Shown in pieces: positions 1 through 14,336 of a stretch of 62,096 nt of DNA. Under the pieces are notes generated by a model, which was not told where the DNA came from, did no database searches, and saw only the letters and a program-made list of their open reading frames with translations. This DNA is from Octopus bimaculoides (lineage: Eukaryota): positions 4,696,064-4,758,159 of the forward strand of contig NC_068989.1 in NCBI RefSeq assembly GCF_001194135.2, in the 5' to 3' direction. Both the position numbers and the translations under genes were made by a program. Positions within the stretch are counted from its first letter, which is position 1. Every line of letters starts with the position of its first letter.

Positions 1-277
1 TGTCAGTCCTTGTAAAAGTGTTCTATTTATAGAAGCCTCTCTCTTGCACACCTGATTTGTGCACGCGTGCAGTTTGCAGGTGTCTAATATTCTTGAGTGC
101 CTGCGGCAGTACCCACGCATGTTTATGTGCACGCACACATTCACTTTAGGCGGGGTTTTGTTGCGAGAGCATCTTTACTTTATTCTATTTAGGTTCGTTG
201 AGTAGAAAGAATTGGTCTTGTCTCTTGAAGACTGTGTGTGTTTGTGTTTCGGCATTTGCACACACAGATACAAATTA

Positions 278-313
<36 letters not shown>

Positions 314-680
314 GTGAGCTGTCATGCGGGATTAAGTTATAACGACGTGTGCGTAGATGCGGTTTTATATATTTGTGTGTGCGTACGCTGTATGCATATA
401 ATTATGTCTATATGTGTGTTTATACACATACAAATATACACATATCCACACACACATTTACACACCCACACACACACATATACAATGACCATTCAGTAAT
501 TTAATCAATTAAACTACTGACTCGTTAAACTAACGTCAAAGTGGTTGAGTATACCCTAGATGCATGTCCCCTTAACGCACTTCCCATGCTGAAACCAATC
601 CGATTGGCTTCCACGCGGTTATTATCGGCCCACTTAGGTTCACACAAAGCGTGAGTGAACCCTAAGCTACCTATCTATCT

Positions 681-1008
681 CAGAGGTTCTCAAACTTTTT
701 GAGCCACCGCCCCCTCATGGCCACATAATACCCTCAGCCCTCCTACCCCCTATTTTTATGTATAAGTAAATACTTTATATTTAACTAAGTTATATACACT
801 ATGAATCATTTGATATTTAATATAATACCATATCATTTGTATACAATACTATAATAATATGATAAATTCATAGCATCCCCCAATCCACTGCCTTTCTCCC
901 GATGCTTCCTTTTTCTCTACCCTACCCCCTTAGACACCAGCGCCCACGTGGACCCTCTCAACGCACACCGGGGAGGAGGGTCGGTAGCGCCCACTTTGAG
1001 AACCTATG
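681..1008. mobile_element. hAT/Charlie-type MITE
   Basis: Imperfect 15-bp terminal inverted repeats: CAGAGGTTCTCAAAC at 681 and CTTTGAGAACCTATG ending at 1008. The 8-bp flanks match only partly (atctatct/atctaccg). The interior has no ORF. Related ends occur at 12963 and 23125. Confidence 0.7.
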
Positions 1009-1656
1009 ATCTACCGAATGATAAAAGGCACTTGCTCAAGGTGTCACGCAAAGGGATCCAACCCGGGATTTTAGGATTGCGAATCGAACTTCTTTACTCT
1101 GCCACTCTTGCTTCCACGCATGCACCATTATGTGCGGGCTTGTTTATGTCGCAATAGTGTTTGTCTTCCTCTATGCACTGCAAATATCTCTCGTTTGTTT
1201 ATTGTTGTTGTTGTTGCTGCTCTTGTATGTTATGTTGCGTTATTTGTTTATTCTATTTCCATTAATATGTCCAAGGTAGGATAGACATGTTATACATGTC
1301 TGCATTTTCATTCTTGGTGTCTTAAAAAAAAGGTATTGGATAATGGGAGAGCGCAAAAGAAAAGAATGAATATTAAACCGAAGGAGAGGGGGAGATTGGA
1401 AGGGTAGGGTCCAGTATAAGATAAAAGGAAGGAAGAAAATAAGAGATGGTGGGTGAGGAAATATTGAGACTGAAAGATCTTGTAATGAAGAAATATATAG
1501 AAAAAACAAGAGAGATGAGTAGGGAGGGAGGGAGGCTGGGAAAGATAGCTAGAGAAAAAGAAAGAATATCCTCGAAAGGGATAAGTAGATAAAATGACGA
1601 AAAGAACAGGAAAATGTTTGCGAAAAATTGAAAATAAAATTAAATTGGAGAAAAGC

Positions 1657-2440
1657 AATTCTAATCCCACTCTCTCAAACACCATATTTGTGCTATTTTC
1701 CTCAAATATATATATATATATATANNNNNNNNNNNNNNNNNNNNNNNNNNNNNNNNNNNNNNNNNNNNNNNNNNNNNNNNNNNNNNNNNNNNNNNNNNNN
1801 NNNNNNNNNNNNNNNNNNNNNNNNNNNNNNNNNNNNNNNNNNNNNNNNNNNNNNNNTATATATATATATATATATAAAGCTTTCTCTAGCTCAATGCCTC
1901 ATTTCCTCTTCTACTCTTTCTAACTCTATCCAATTTCTCATAGATAGATAGATAGATAGATAGACAGATAGATAACATATAGTCATAGATAGGAGAAAGA
2001 TAGACAGCTGGGGATGGGTGGAAGCTGTGCGTGTGTCTTTTATCGATGAGTCACCACTGTCATTGCTAGAACCTAGCCTTCTCCCTCTTTTAGCTGAGGA
2101 AATCTGTGTATGGAACAATTAACTGGGAGGAACAAACGCAAATGAATGAATACATGAGTAGTGCTGTGAGGAGGGAGAAAATATGAAAGGGAAAGAGAGA
2201 GAGAGATGAATTTAGAGAGTGGTAGTCTGGTAAAGAGAGAAAATAGATTGAAATTTTGAAACTAGTGATTGGGGGGGGGTAGAGTGAAGCAGAAATAAGG
2301 AATTGGATAGAAGTTAGAAAGAGAAGAAGAGGGAATGAGGCACAGAGCTAAAGAGAGCTTTCTTTTATATATGTATATATATATATTTTTTTAGTAAAGT
2401 AGCACAAATGTAGTGAGTTAGAGAGAGTGGGATTAGAATT
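1657..2440. repeat. Inverted repeat pair (arms 1657-1935 and 2301-2440)
   Basis: Left arm aattctaatcccactctctc...tttgtgcta...(TA)n...gcctcatt...ctatccaatt is the reverse complement of the right arm aattggatag...aatgaggc...tagcacaaa...gagagagtgggattagaatt. The left arm contains an N gap. Confidence 0.75.
1725..1856. other. Assembly gap (N run); others at 3251-3333, 7224-7988, 11702-12241, 30561-30589, 34999-35091, 46730-46850
   Basis: Runs of N, most abutting (TA)n or (CT)n microsatellites. Confidence 0.99.
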
Positions 2441-3134
2441 AATCGTAAAAGAGTAAATGTGTTTGAGAGAGAGAGAGAGAGAGATAGGGAGAGATTTAAA
2501 TGTATGGAAATAGGAAAGGGAAAAGACAAAATAAGACAAAAGTAGAGAGCAGTTGTTAAGAAGTACCTAGCAAACTGGTACAAATAAACAGACAGAGGTG
2601 GTTAGATAGACAGGTAGTTAGATACGGAGGTAGATAGATTTGAACAGTCATAAACGAATCATTTCTAAATGAATTTTATACTAAAACGAATGTTCTTTGG
2701 TTGTTATTTTTCCTTTACAGTGTTTTGTTTCCCATTTTGATTTTCCTGTGTGTTGTTCATGTTGTTCTTTTCTTTTGAAATTTTATGAGTCAAGTTAATC
2801 CGTTAATGTAAGTCCATGTGTGAGGTAATCGACTATAAAATCTCTATTTCACGTAATGACACTCATTCAAACGCACATATGAGATTATATGCGTGCTTGT
2901 GTGTGTCTGTGTGTGTTTATGTACAAAAAATAGACATACACTGTACATTCAAATGCATAATAATTAAACTTGTTTGTACTAAGCAATTATATTATGTATT
3001 TATATCATTACATAATTGATTTATAATGATATAATATGTATTCATGTTTTATTTATAATTATGCAATTTTGTCTACGTGTGAATTTCCATTTGCAAATTT
3101 GTCTATATTAAATTATAAGAATATTAATTTATAC

Positions 3135-3172
<38 letters not shown>

Positions 3173-3211
3173 ATGTATGTATGCATGCATGCATGTATGT
3201 ATGTATGTATA

Positions 3212-3250
<39 letters not shown>

Positions 3251-3604
3251 NNNNNNNNNNNNNNNNNNNNNNNNNNNNNNNNNNNNNNNNNNNNNNNNNN
3301 NNNNNNNNNNNNNNNNNNNNNNNNNNNNNNNNNCATACAACATGCATATATATGTATGCACACACACACACACTCATGCGCGCATACATGGGCACTTTGT
3401 AAACGATGTTTGTACATATCGTCATAAACGTGCGGTCAATTAGGTTTCTTAAATATGCTCGCTTGATTTCTTGTTAATCAGTGTTTAAATAACTTATATA
3501 GCAATTTTGCTTTTTTTTTTTCGTTTGGCTTTTTTTTTTTTTTTTTTTGCAGCAACAATACTGCTAAAATAATCAAGATAGTAATATTAATTCTTTTTAA
3601 TTTT

Positions 3605-3722
3605 GGCACAAGGCCAGCAAGTTCGGAGAGGGGTTAAGCCGATTACATCGACCCCAGCGCTCAAATGGTACTTCGTTTATCGACCCCAAAAGGATGAAAG
3701 GTAAAGTCGGCCTCGACGGAAT
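3605..3722 (-). mobile_element. tRNA-derived SINE family B, partial
   Basis: Contains ttatcgaccccaaaaggatgaaaggtaaagtcggcctcgacggaa, matching the near-intact copy at 59060-59290. Confidence 0.8.
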
Positions 3723-5189
3723 ATCCAGCTCTTTCTTCTCAGCATAAACCTTCTAGAAATGTTTCTTCTGCTGTCCTCCCCCCTCCCCAGCAAATGTCCA
3801 CTTATAGATGTTCGAGCTAAACATTATCAGTCTTGCTGGGCACGCAAAGGTCATGGAAACTAGCCTCATCTGATCATTGCTTTTCTAAGAAGCCCTGAAC
3901 AACGGTACTGTGAAACATTGTCTCATATTTCAATGTGTGTGTGTGTGTGTTCGCGCGCGCATATACACGCGCACACAATGATTACTACTATTACTATTTT
4001 TCCTATCATTTAGTCGTAGGAAGAGGAGAACCGCTTACTAGAAGCTATTATTGTAGCAACAGTGTGTCCGTGTCCATTATTCACTTTTTTTAAAATTATA
4101 AATCAGCGCTTGATAACGTACTGAATTGGCAAGTAATCATCTCACCTTCCGAGGAAGGGAATTCGGGAAGAGTGGAGGGTGTTGTGAACCTAAAAGCAAC
4201 CTACTGGACATTGATGACAGGCAAATATAGTCACAGAACCTTTCCAAAGAACTGAACCCCATGAATTTTCTAATAACAAGTAAAGGATTCAAAAACCAAT
4301 CAAATCTTTTCTCTTCGCTTTCTATTCATCCATCGTCTGTCTGTTTGTCTGTCTCTGTCGTTCAACAAACCAATAAAGGACTTTGTCCAGAGAATAAAAA
4401 GAATATTGTGGATAATTTTAATTAGATACAGGATCGATGGGAGGATCAATGCAAATAACATGGTGATCAATTTTAATTCGAAAATAAAGAGGAGTGAACA
4501 GCAGAATGAAGCACATTGCGAGTCGCGTTTCTGATTCAGTTGCGCGGAAATCTTTATTTCACCCAGAGGATGTTCACACTAATGAAAACCATAGTACCGA
4601 TGACACAAATTTTAAACCGACATCATCAAAAAGCAAGCAACGAAAGAAGGGAAAATAAATTGAATTGCTGTTATTTTGTCATAAATTGTTGCTAACAGGG
4701 ATTGTTGTAGAAAGTTGTTAAAAAACTCAATTCGTTTAACCAGAAAAAAGTTTTATGGAAAGCAAAATAAATGAAAAAAAAGCAACATTTTATTAACATC
4801 ATAAAAGCCTTGAAAATCTATCTTCTTAGTTGTATGGCAAACCATCAACAGCGTCATCATCATTGTCATGCTATCATCTTCTGCATTGTTTCTATTGGTA
4901 ACAGGTGTTTCCTGCTGTTACTATCATAACCATTCATTATCGTCACCGTCACAATTATCACCTTAAACTTCAGTGCGCTCACCATAGTAACTTTTATTTT
5001 TACAAGAAACCAGTTCCTTGAAATGCCGCTCTCTCGTCTGGTTCTTTGTAGTTAAGAAGCTTTCTACTCAGTGTCTTCGTCTATAACCCCGGGACGTTTA
5101 AAACTTCGTGAATGGATTTGATCGAAAATTGAAAGCAGCCTGTCGCCGCCGCGCGTTTGTTTATAATGTGCGTGCGTGGTGCGTGTGTA

Positions 5190-5375
5190 CCATCACCGCT
5201 TGACAACCGGTGTTGGTTTCTTTACGTCCGCGTAACTTAGCGATTCGGTATAAGAGGCTGCTAGAATAAGACTTAGAACTATGTACTGAGGTCGATTTGT
5301 TCGACTAAACCCTTCAAGGTGGTGCTTCAGTATGACCGCAGTCCATTGACTGAAACAAGTAAAAGATAGAAGATA
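5190..5375 (+). mobile_element. SINE family C, 3' half
   Basis: cgcttgacaaccggtgttgg...gtaacttagcg...gtcgatttgttcgactaa...tgactgaaacaagtaaaaga is the reverse complement of the 3' half of the copy at 51960-52345. Confidence 0.75.
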
Positions 5376-5415
5376 CCTTTTCATTTGTGTCCCATCATTA
5401 TGGCCCACGCTGTAT

Positions 5416-5463
<48 letters not shown>

Positions 5464-7031
5464 GATATAAGAAACTCAAATAGTTCTGTTTGTTTATCTT
5501 TCTTCTATATTCTGTGCGTGTTTAAGTGTGTGTATATATATATATATTGCAGCGCAGGTATAACAACCTAGTGTTGTTGGGTTTTAGACATTTTGTCGTT
5601 GATTATTCCCAGGACAGTCATAATACAACAGATCTATGATCATAAGCATCTCGTCGTATTTCGAAAATAACGTCTGTAGGCCACACCATCCAATCCCACT
5701 GCGTCATTCGAGTCTTTTAAGACCGTATAGTGTAATATGAGAGAGAGGAATAGATTCTATTTTTCGTTAAGATATTGTATTGGAAAGCTTTTCACTAGAA
5801 ATTCAAAATCTTTTTCTTAATTGCTACCATGAAACGTTAGTATTCTTGCCTACTAATTGTATTACTGGGCTTTCGTATGATAAAAGTGCTGACACCGTGA
5901 CTATGTCACTACCATACAAAAGAATGTGGATTCGCTATGAATATATCAATGAGAATGCTAAGTCAAGTATTTAGTTATATTGGTTGTATACTTTTTTAAA
6001 AAGGAAAGTTTGAGTGGGCTTTTTTAACCTCTAGAATCGCTAACGTAACGCATGTCCTGAATTATTTTATATTCTTTCAACTATGTGACTCATATTTTTG
6101 TTGATTTGTCAACCATTTAGATGTTAGAGTTCGGGTCACGGACTTACTAAAAACTGTGATGTCAGTAACTAACGACATTTTATTGAGTTGCTAGTGAGCC
6201 GTAGTTCGCACTTATCAAGCAAGCCTATGACCAAAAACGAGCCAACCGAGTCTAGCCCTACATTTTTATATTAGGGACTGTATTGTCCAATGTTACCTAC
6301 TAAAGACAGTTTGTGATATGAGGGAGATTGGTTTGCTGTTACAAATACACAGACGGAACACATTAAATCCAATGAGGATGACTGTGCGTTTGCTCGACCT
6401 GCTAGTGTGTGTTAGCAACCTAGATTCATTCATAGTCATTGATGCGCGGCTGTGTGGTAAGAAGTTCGTTTAGTAATCTGGAGCTTCTGGATTCGAGCAC
6501 ACTGTGTAGCACATTGGGCAAAGGGTCCAATATTCTACCGTATTCTCAGATTGATCCAGGTTGGAATTGGACGAACAGAAACTCTGTAGAAACCCGCCGA
6601 ATGGATTGCACTTGCGATTCAAGTGCACAGCTTTGTCACGCACTACCTCAGGGTGATTTCGCTTGAGGATTGATTACATTAAAGAACGAAGTATTTGTAG
6701 AATACTCAAGTAATTACATTAGAATTTGAATAGTTACCATATTTACTCGTGTATAAACCTCACACATAATTTAGTGTTAAATCTTGGTAAAAAAACTTTT
6801 TCCGTTCATAGTTTTACCTTTGCCCCTTGTTTAAGTCGCTGGAATTTTGAGTGAAGTAGTTATGATGAAGAGCGATTGAGTAAAATAAAGGAGGAGCGGT
6901 ATTGTGAGTTATACAGTGTAAGACTTCAAGTATAGTGTCATAAAATCAAGCAGTTCAGAAGAATTGAACAACTTAACCCTTTCCTTAATCTCTGCTCTTG
7001 ATTTGTGCAAGCTCATTTCTGTAGTAATGAG

Positions 7032-7070
<39 letters not shown>

Positions 7071-7988
7071 CTCCTCTAATTCTTTGAGTCTATGTAATCT
7101 GAGTAAGTTTGCTCAAAAAAATATATACTTGTATTTATCATTGTTATATGAAAATTTTGAGTCTGGCTTCTCTTTTTACACATGTACATACATACATATA
7201 TATGTTTGTACATTATATATATANNNNNNNNNNNNNNNNNNNNNNNNNNNNNNNNNNNNNNNNNNNNNNNNNNNNNNNNNNNNNNNNNNNNNNNNNNNNN
7301 NNNNNNNNNNNNNNNNNNNNNNNNNNNNNNNNNNNNNNNNNNNNNNNNNNNNNNNNNNNNNNNNNNNNNNNNNNNNNNNNNNNNNNNNNNNNNNNNNNNN
7401 NNNNNNNNNNNNNNNNNNNNNNNNNNNNNNNNNNNNNNNNNNNNNNNNNNNNNNNNNNNNNNNNNNNNNNNNNNNNNNNNNNNNNNNNNNNNNNNNNNNN
7501 NNNNNNNNNNNNNNNNNNNNNNNNNNNNNNNNNNNNNNNNNNNNNNNNNNNNNNNNNNNNNNNNNNNNNNNNNNNNNNNNNNNNNNNNNNNNNNNNNNNN
7601 NNNNNNNNNNNNNNNNNNNNNNNNNNNNNNNNNNNNNNNNNNNNNNNNNNNNNNNNNNNNNNNNNNNNNNNNNNNNNNNNNNNNNNNNNNNNNNNNNNNN
7701 NNNNNNNNNNNNNNNNNNNNNNNNNNNNNNNNNNNNNNNNNNNNNNNNNNNNNNNNNNNNNNNNNNNNNNNNNNNNNNNNNNNNNNNNNNNNNNNNNNNN
7801 NNNNNNNNNNNNNNNNNNNNNNNNNNNNNNNNNNNNNNNNNNNNNNNNNNNNNNNNNNNNNNNNNNNNNNNNNNNNNNNNNNNNNNNNNNNNNNNNNNNN
7901 NNNNNNNNNNNNNNNNNNNNNNNNNNNNNNNNNNNNNNNNNNNNNNNNNNNNNNNNNNNNNNNNNNNNNNNNNNNNNNNNNNNNNNNN

Positions 7989-8050
<62 letters not shown>

Positions 8051-8567
8051 GTTAGCCACATTGAAGTAACTCATATCAACATAATAAATGCTTATGTGAA
8101 CCTAGTTGAAACGAAAATTAAGAAAATACCTTGCTGCTTTAATTTATACACTTACATACAGATATTTTAATTATATGATTAAAAATATATTGAATTGTTC
8201 GTTGATGAAACGTTAAAAAATTAGTAGCAACAAAAATATTAAATGGTAATTAAAAACAAAAGTCAGAAAATAAAATATAATTGCATATTTGTTTGTGGGA
8301 ACCTAACCATTAACGAAGATTCATAATTCGATATGAAAAAAAATAAAACAAAGTAATTAAAACAACTGTATGACAATAGCGTAATGAGGATAATGATATT
8401 TGTAGCAGCAGCAGTAGCAGCACTCGGTAGTGTAGTAGTGGCGGTTTCTTTATTCACAACAAAAGACAGCGAATTTGTAGAAGTCGTTAGAGGTTTTGAT
8501 GAAATGCATTGCGATATTTATTCCGGTACCCAGCATTCCGAATTCAAATTTCCTTGATATCAACCTT

Positions 8568-8660
8568 GCCCCTACCCTTATCGACTAGCCCCCTACTCTT
8601 ATCGACTAACCCCTATCCTTATCGACTAGCCCCTACCCTTATCGAGTAGCCCCTACCCTT
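8568..8660. repeat. 20-bp minisatellite, about 4.6 units (GCCCCTACCCTTATCGACTA)
   Basis: Units read directly at 8568, 8588, 8609, 8629 and 8649 (partial), each with 0-2 differences. There are no unique spacers. Confidence 0.92.
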
Positions 8661-10424
8661 CAAATTACAGGCATTATGCCTAAATCCGAAGACAAGATGG
8701 TAGAATCGTTAAAGCAACACCTCACTCAAAAATTGTCGGCCTCGTTCCCAAATGAAGCCATTATTGTTATATTTTGGGCAACGAGGTGGTAGAATCATCA
8801 TAACGTACCAGTCAAGTACTGGGGTTGATGGAATCCATTTAGCTTCTCTCTCAAAACTGCTGATTTTATGCCTAAATTAGAACCCTTTATTATTACAGAT
8901 GTTGTTGCTCCATTTTCAATCTCGTCGAAATTGATTTAAACTTTCATCCATCCAAGGTATATAAAATACGGAATAGCAGTCAAGTTCTTGAGATTAATTA
9001 ATAACAATAAGTTCCCTATTATTGTCACAAAGGGCACAGACGACAGAACATTACAAAGCCTACATCAAAATGAAAATTAACGAAGAATCACACTATACAT
9101 TGTATACAAATATGTGATAGCTTCAAGACAAGAGCACTGTTATTTAGAGTCAATCAAGAAATCTCGTAGGTCTCTGATTGATCTGATTACCAAGGGCAAC
9201 TTCCCCACCCGAGCTGTATTTTCCCGTGTATAGACATATTGAGAGTATGGCCATTCACTCAGACTGTACACGCCACTCTCACCTGTCAACAAGTTTACTA
9301 GAAGGCATCACTTCCCCTACATCCTTATCTTCCTCTCGAGACCAAAGAGAAAAGTTTTTCCTCAGTCCGCCCAGTTATAGTCGTGTTCACTCCACAACTT
9401 CCTTTGCCAAAGCTATCAGGCAGAGAAAAACTCTATGCCTTTCGTAGCTAAAAGAAAGCAGTGGGATGATTTCCATGGTGGACTCGGCCGGTAGTCAGAT
9501 GTGTCCTACACATGACAACAGCTGTTCACCATGTGCAGAACAATCTCGTCCCTCTGTGCTCGTCGCGGGCTGGGCTCGGTTATACTGTACAGGCATTTCC
9601 GTAACGGCAATGACTGTCTGTGGTACTGCCAGTTGGGGGGGGGGGGGTTTCTAGGCTGTCGGCCATAGTACTCGAGCTAAAAATCTTCCTGAATAAATCG
9701 ACTAGTTTAATTTTGGTCAACGCAGTTTCCTCGAAAATGTCCTTTTTCTTCTTCACCAGTAATTCTTATAGATAGCTCGCGTGAAAGAATCACAAGCGAT
9801 CGACTACTTGAGAGAGCTGAATGACAATAATTCGTTCTTTATTGGCCACAAGGATCATGATTTCAAATGATAATGATTCAATAGTTATACTAGGTTAGGG
9901 TAGTCGTATAACTATGGAAGCAGCGAGCAACGATGAAGGGGAAAAAGAACAAAAACAAAATCTGATTTCATAATTGAAAAGTGTTTTCTCTAAAGAAAAT
10001 TGCTTCTTTCAATAAAATATATTTCCTCTGCTTTTATTTTATCTTATTTAATCCTTTAAAAAATAAAAACGAAAGTAAATTTAATTTTTTAAAAACTTTG
10101 TAATCGAATTATTTTTAAGATTTTGTTTTTTAATTTATGCGTTTCTATAAAATGCATGTCTATCAAATAGTGTTTGCTGTTCTTACAAATATATATGTGG
10201 ATGTGGATGTCAATTGTATGTGTGTGTATATAGTTACACATTACCGTTTGCGAATGAAAATGGCTGCTTTATCTGTTTTGTGTGTACGTTCGTTTGAATA
10301 TATTTGTTATATAAATTATATTTGTATACAATAGTGTTTTGTTAATGTAAAGATATCTCTTACACACACATATATATATATACATACATACATACGTACG
10401 TACATACATGCATTCATACATACA

Positions 10425-10459
<35 letters not shown>

Positions 10460-10904
10460 GAATACACACACTGTATTTTCGTGCAAGATGTTTCTTGTGC
10501 TTTTCTTTGTTGTATTTATATGATTGCTATCAACCTAAGATGATGAGATAAGATCGGCGTAAATCAAATTTGATGTTCGCCGCCACGTTCGTACTGGAAG
10601 TTTTATCATGTCATCCTAAAAAGACATGATAGCAAAAGCAGCTGCAAAGATCTTTGCTGCAAGCTACACAGCGCATTTTCTGCAGGTGTCACAGAGAAAT
10701 TGTTGCCAACATTAAAGGTTAAAAAAGAAAGCAAAGCAAAACAACTTTATTTTCATTCTCCATTCTGCATCCATTTCCTCGCCCTCCTCCTCCTCCCCTT
10801 CTCGTGCTGCTATGCGTTTTGTCTTTCATTTTTTTACTTTTCCTTCTTTTATCGTATGCATGTTGCTAGTTGAGGCTGTTTACACCTCGCACTTGTAATT
10901 TTTT

Positions 10905-10942
<38 letters not shown>

Positions 10943-11179
10943 AATCGAAAGAATTTTGAATAGAAATTACTAGATGTTATTTACTAACTTGTAAATGTAG
11001 CCACAAGCTATTCAGAGGATCCAGAATTCGACAATATGGAACAACAGAAAAACAAAAATAAATGAAACAACACTTCATAGTATGAAATCACAAAGATGTA
11101 CAAAGTCAGTGCTTGCTCTGATTTTAATAGCACCACAAAGGTGAAAGATACACTTCTCTCTTTATTAGACAGTAGAAAA

Positions 11180-11345
11180 ATGGAAACAGGCATGGCTGTG
11201 CGGCCAAGATGCTCTCTTCGCAACCACCTGGTTCCTAAATCCGAACCCTCTATGCGGCACATTGGACACAAGTGTCTTCTTATATCACCTCAGTTTGGCC
11301 TATATCTTGAAATTGAAATTTTGTAACCGGAAACTACAAAAACCC
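11180..11345 (+). mobile_element. SINE family C head, decayed
   Basis: aggcatggctgtgcgg...ggcacattggacacaagtgtcttct...ggaaactacaaaaacccgtc aligns by eye to the family C heads at 34255, 55135 and 57215. Confidence 0.65.
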
Positions 11346-12962
11346 GTCCTGCCAACACGTGCGTATATAATGTATGTGAGTGTTGATGTCTTAGGAATTT
11401 TGAAACTTCGAGAGAACATTTTTGCTTTTTTTTTTTTTCTACGGTGAAACTCGAAGCAAATAGCGCTATAAATAATAGCATGTAAATATTAAATTTAAAA
11501 AGCCCTTTCAATAGAAAAAATCGGAGGCTGTCCAAAGTGCATGCATGTATGTATGTATATAGTGGTATATAAAGGACTAAATTAACGAGTACATTTTCCG
11601 TTTTCTTTGGTCAGATAGCAGAGTATGATTTGAGGGAGATTTAACTGCTTTTTCTAGCAGGTCGAACAACAACGGCGTAGTGGCTCAGAATTCAGTTGTA
11701 GNNNNNNNNNNNNNNNNNNNNNNNNNNNNNNNNNNNNNNNNNNNNNNNNNNNNNNNNNNNNNNNNNNNNNNNNNNNNNNNNNNNNNNNNNNNNNNNNNNN
11801 NNNNNNNNNNNNNNNNNNNNNNNNNNNNNNNNNNNNNNNNNNNNNNNNNNNNNNNNNNNNNNNNNNNNNNNNNNNNNNNNNNNNNNNNNNNNNNNNNNNN
11901 NNNNNNNNNNNNNNNNNNNNNNNNNNNNNNNNNNNNNNNNNNNNNNNNNNNNNNNNNNNNNNNNNNNNNNNNNNNNNNNNNNNNNNNNNNNNNNNNNNNN
12001 NNNNNNNNNNNNNNNNNNNNNNNNNNNNNNNNNNNNNNNNNNNNNNNNNNNNNNNNNNNNNNNNNNNNNNNNNNNNNNNNNNNNNNNNNNNNNNNNNNNN
12101 NNNNNNNNNNNNNNNNNNNNNNNNNNNNNNNNNNNNNNNNNNNNNNNNNNNNNNNNNNNNNNNNNNNNNNNNNNNNNNNNNNNNNNNNNNNNNNNNNNNN
12201 NNNNNNNNNNNNNNNNNNNNNNNNNNNNNNNNNNNNNNNNNAGAAGCACCTGCTCTCTCATCTTCACCCCCCCCCTCCCCTTATCCTCCTTTCCTTCCCG
12301 TTTTCTCCCTCTCAACGCCAGCCACCATATTAATCAGTTTCATGAGGGTAGTGCAACTATCATCGTCTCTCTTTTGCATTATGTTAGTGGTTTTGATTAG
12401 AGCTTAGTATAATCTAGTTACACACATACTTTTATTTACATACATGCACATGATCGCTTTCTTGCCTCTCTTTCGGCTGTTCTCACTTACGCACGCGTAC
12501 ACAACGCACGCGTACACAACGCACACACGGTTTCTTTCTCGCGTTTACTCTGTTTCTCATTCAGCTGCCCTCACTTATAAACACACACACACACACACAC
12601 ACACACATCTCTAGGCTATAATGATCGCTCCTACAAGCATGAAACAAGAGAGAACATAAAAAGAAGGATTAGTGTGAAGATTAATTACAAAATAAGAGCA
12701 GAGATGTGACTTAAATGGGCGTCCTTTATTCTATCGTGGTCAGCTGCCTTCTCTGAATGACCATCCATGATCAGCAAATGGCTGTTCCTGGTAAAACAGA
12801 AGATTAAATATGAAAGGTTAACATTCATAGACACAGCCGTCTTAACAGAGTTATAGGCCTCCGAGAAATGCAATGCGCTGGGACCCCTATATATATACAC
12901 ACAACCTACACGACGTACGCCATATATATATATATATATATAAGAGCATTGATCCCCTACAG

Positions 12963-13222
12963 TAGAGGTTCGCAAACTTTATCGGGCTGCCGCTCCCTTG
13001 ACACCCAGACCACATTCCTAGCGCCTCCATCCCAACTAACTATCACAAACATAGACCTTTCTGAAGCAAATTCAAAGCAACTGTATTTCACAAATAAAAC
13101 TTAACCTAACAAACCCATTATTTTGTTCCTTATACATGAATCACTCCCCTATTATCGTCTCCCTTGGAACTTTCCATCGCCCCCGGGGGAGGGGTGCATA
13201 CTGTCCGCTTTGAGAACCACTG
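12963..13222. mobile_element. hAT/Charlie-type MITE
   Basis: Ends TAGAGGTTCGCAAAC and CTTTGAGAACCACTG. The interior resembles 23125-23392 in inverted orientation. Confidence 0.7.
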
Positions 13223-14299
13223 CTCTAAATAGCAAAATATCTCTCAAATTGCATCTATTGTCTTACATAAGTTTCTGTATATTCTCCAATTGCTAAATGT
13301 GCTTTATATTTGTAACCTCAACTGTTAATAAGGTTTGGTATGCCATAAGCACCTGTATATGGTGGTTTTTGTCATTTTAGTTACAAAATAAACAAATTAA
13401 TTAAATGGAATACACTGTCGGTGCAAGTCGATGGATACCGCATATTCTCCTCCATTTTCTCATTGCTATATAAATTTAGGGTAAAATAACCCCCTTTACC
13501 CGCACCCACTTATTACACTTGGTATAACACTAGTGTAACAATAACTGGGTACCTTCCCAGCAGTATATTGGATAGATACCCTAACTGGGTTGAATCCTCA
13601 ACCCCTAACTCTCTTGCATTATATATATATATGGGGTTGTGTGTGTGTGTGTGTGTGGGTGTGACGGTTGGATGCATGTGCATTTCAGTTCTTCCAGTTT
13701 TCTTTCTGTGTTCCATTCCTTCCATGTCTATTCTCTCTTTCGGAATTAGTCTTCGAAGCGAAAACATTCCCTTCCCACCCCTCACCCACCTCCAGTTTCC
13801 TGAGCGTCAAACTAATACCAACTCTGTTTATGGTTTTTTTACGTCTTTCTGTTGTATTTTTCGTAACCTTTGCACTAAATGTGCATCTATAGTCATTCAT
13901 TCATTCTGTAAAATGCTTTACTACAATAAAACCACAAATTTTTTATTGCTTCCTGCTGAGCTGAACTATGAAGAGATTAGGATGTGTGCAGGTCACTGTT
14001 TTCATTTCCTATTCAAGAATTGTCATTAAACAATTAACGCTGGAAATTGTTCGAGTACATTATAAATGGTTCTTATTTTTAAAATAAAAGAGAAAAATCC
14101 GTTACCTAGACATCGGCGCTTTACCCTTTTAGACTGTCTCAATACAGATACTATTTTTACTTTCCATCATATACACGTATGTGTGCATGTGAAATCTTGT
14201 GTGGATGCTTACACATTTTCTCTCTCTCTCTCACACACATATGCTCTATTGCTTCTTTTATTTTAGCCGTCACAGCTTAGGCGCTTGCACCAACTCCTC

Positions 14300-14336
<37 letters not shown>

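Noticed and set aside
4506-4658. 50-codon ORF MKHIASRVSDSVARK...KQRKKGK
   Set aside because: ORFs this short are expected by chance. It has no recognisable homology or supporting signals.
6735-6760. pogo/Tigger-like TIR start (taccatatttactcgtgtataa)
   Set aside because: I found no matching opposite end nearby; it may be lost in the adjacent gap.
8568-8660. Possible CRISPR-like array
   Set aside because: The units are contiguous with no unique spacers, no cas genes are present, and the context is eukaryotic.
9200-9720. GC-richer block with short ORFs and faint resemblance to a CR1/L2 3' end or an RCAN-like FLSPP motif
   Set aside because: No frame gives a convincing alignment, so it is left unclassified.
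10644-10657. Perfect 14-bp palindrome GCAAAGATCTTTGC
   Set aside because: Palindromes this short are expected by chance in 62 kb of AT-rich DNA.
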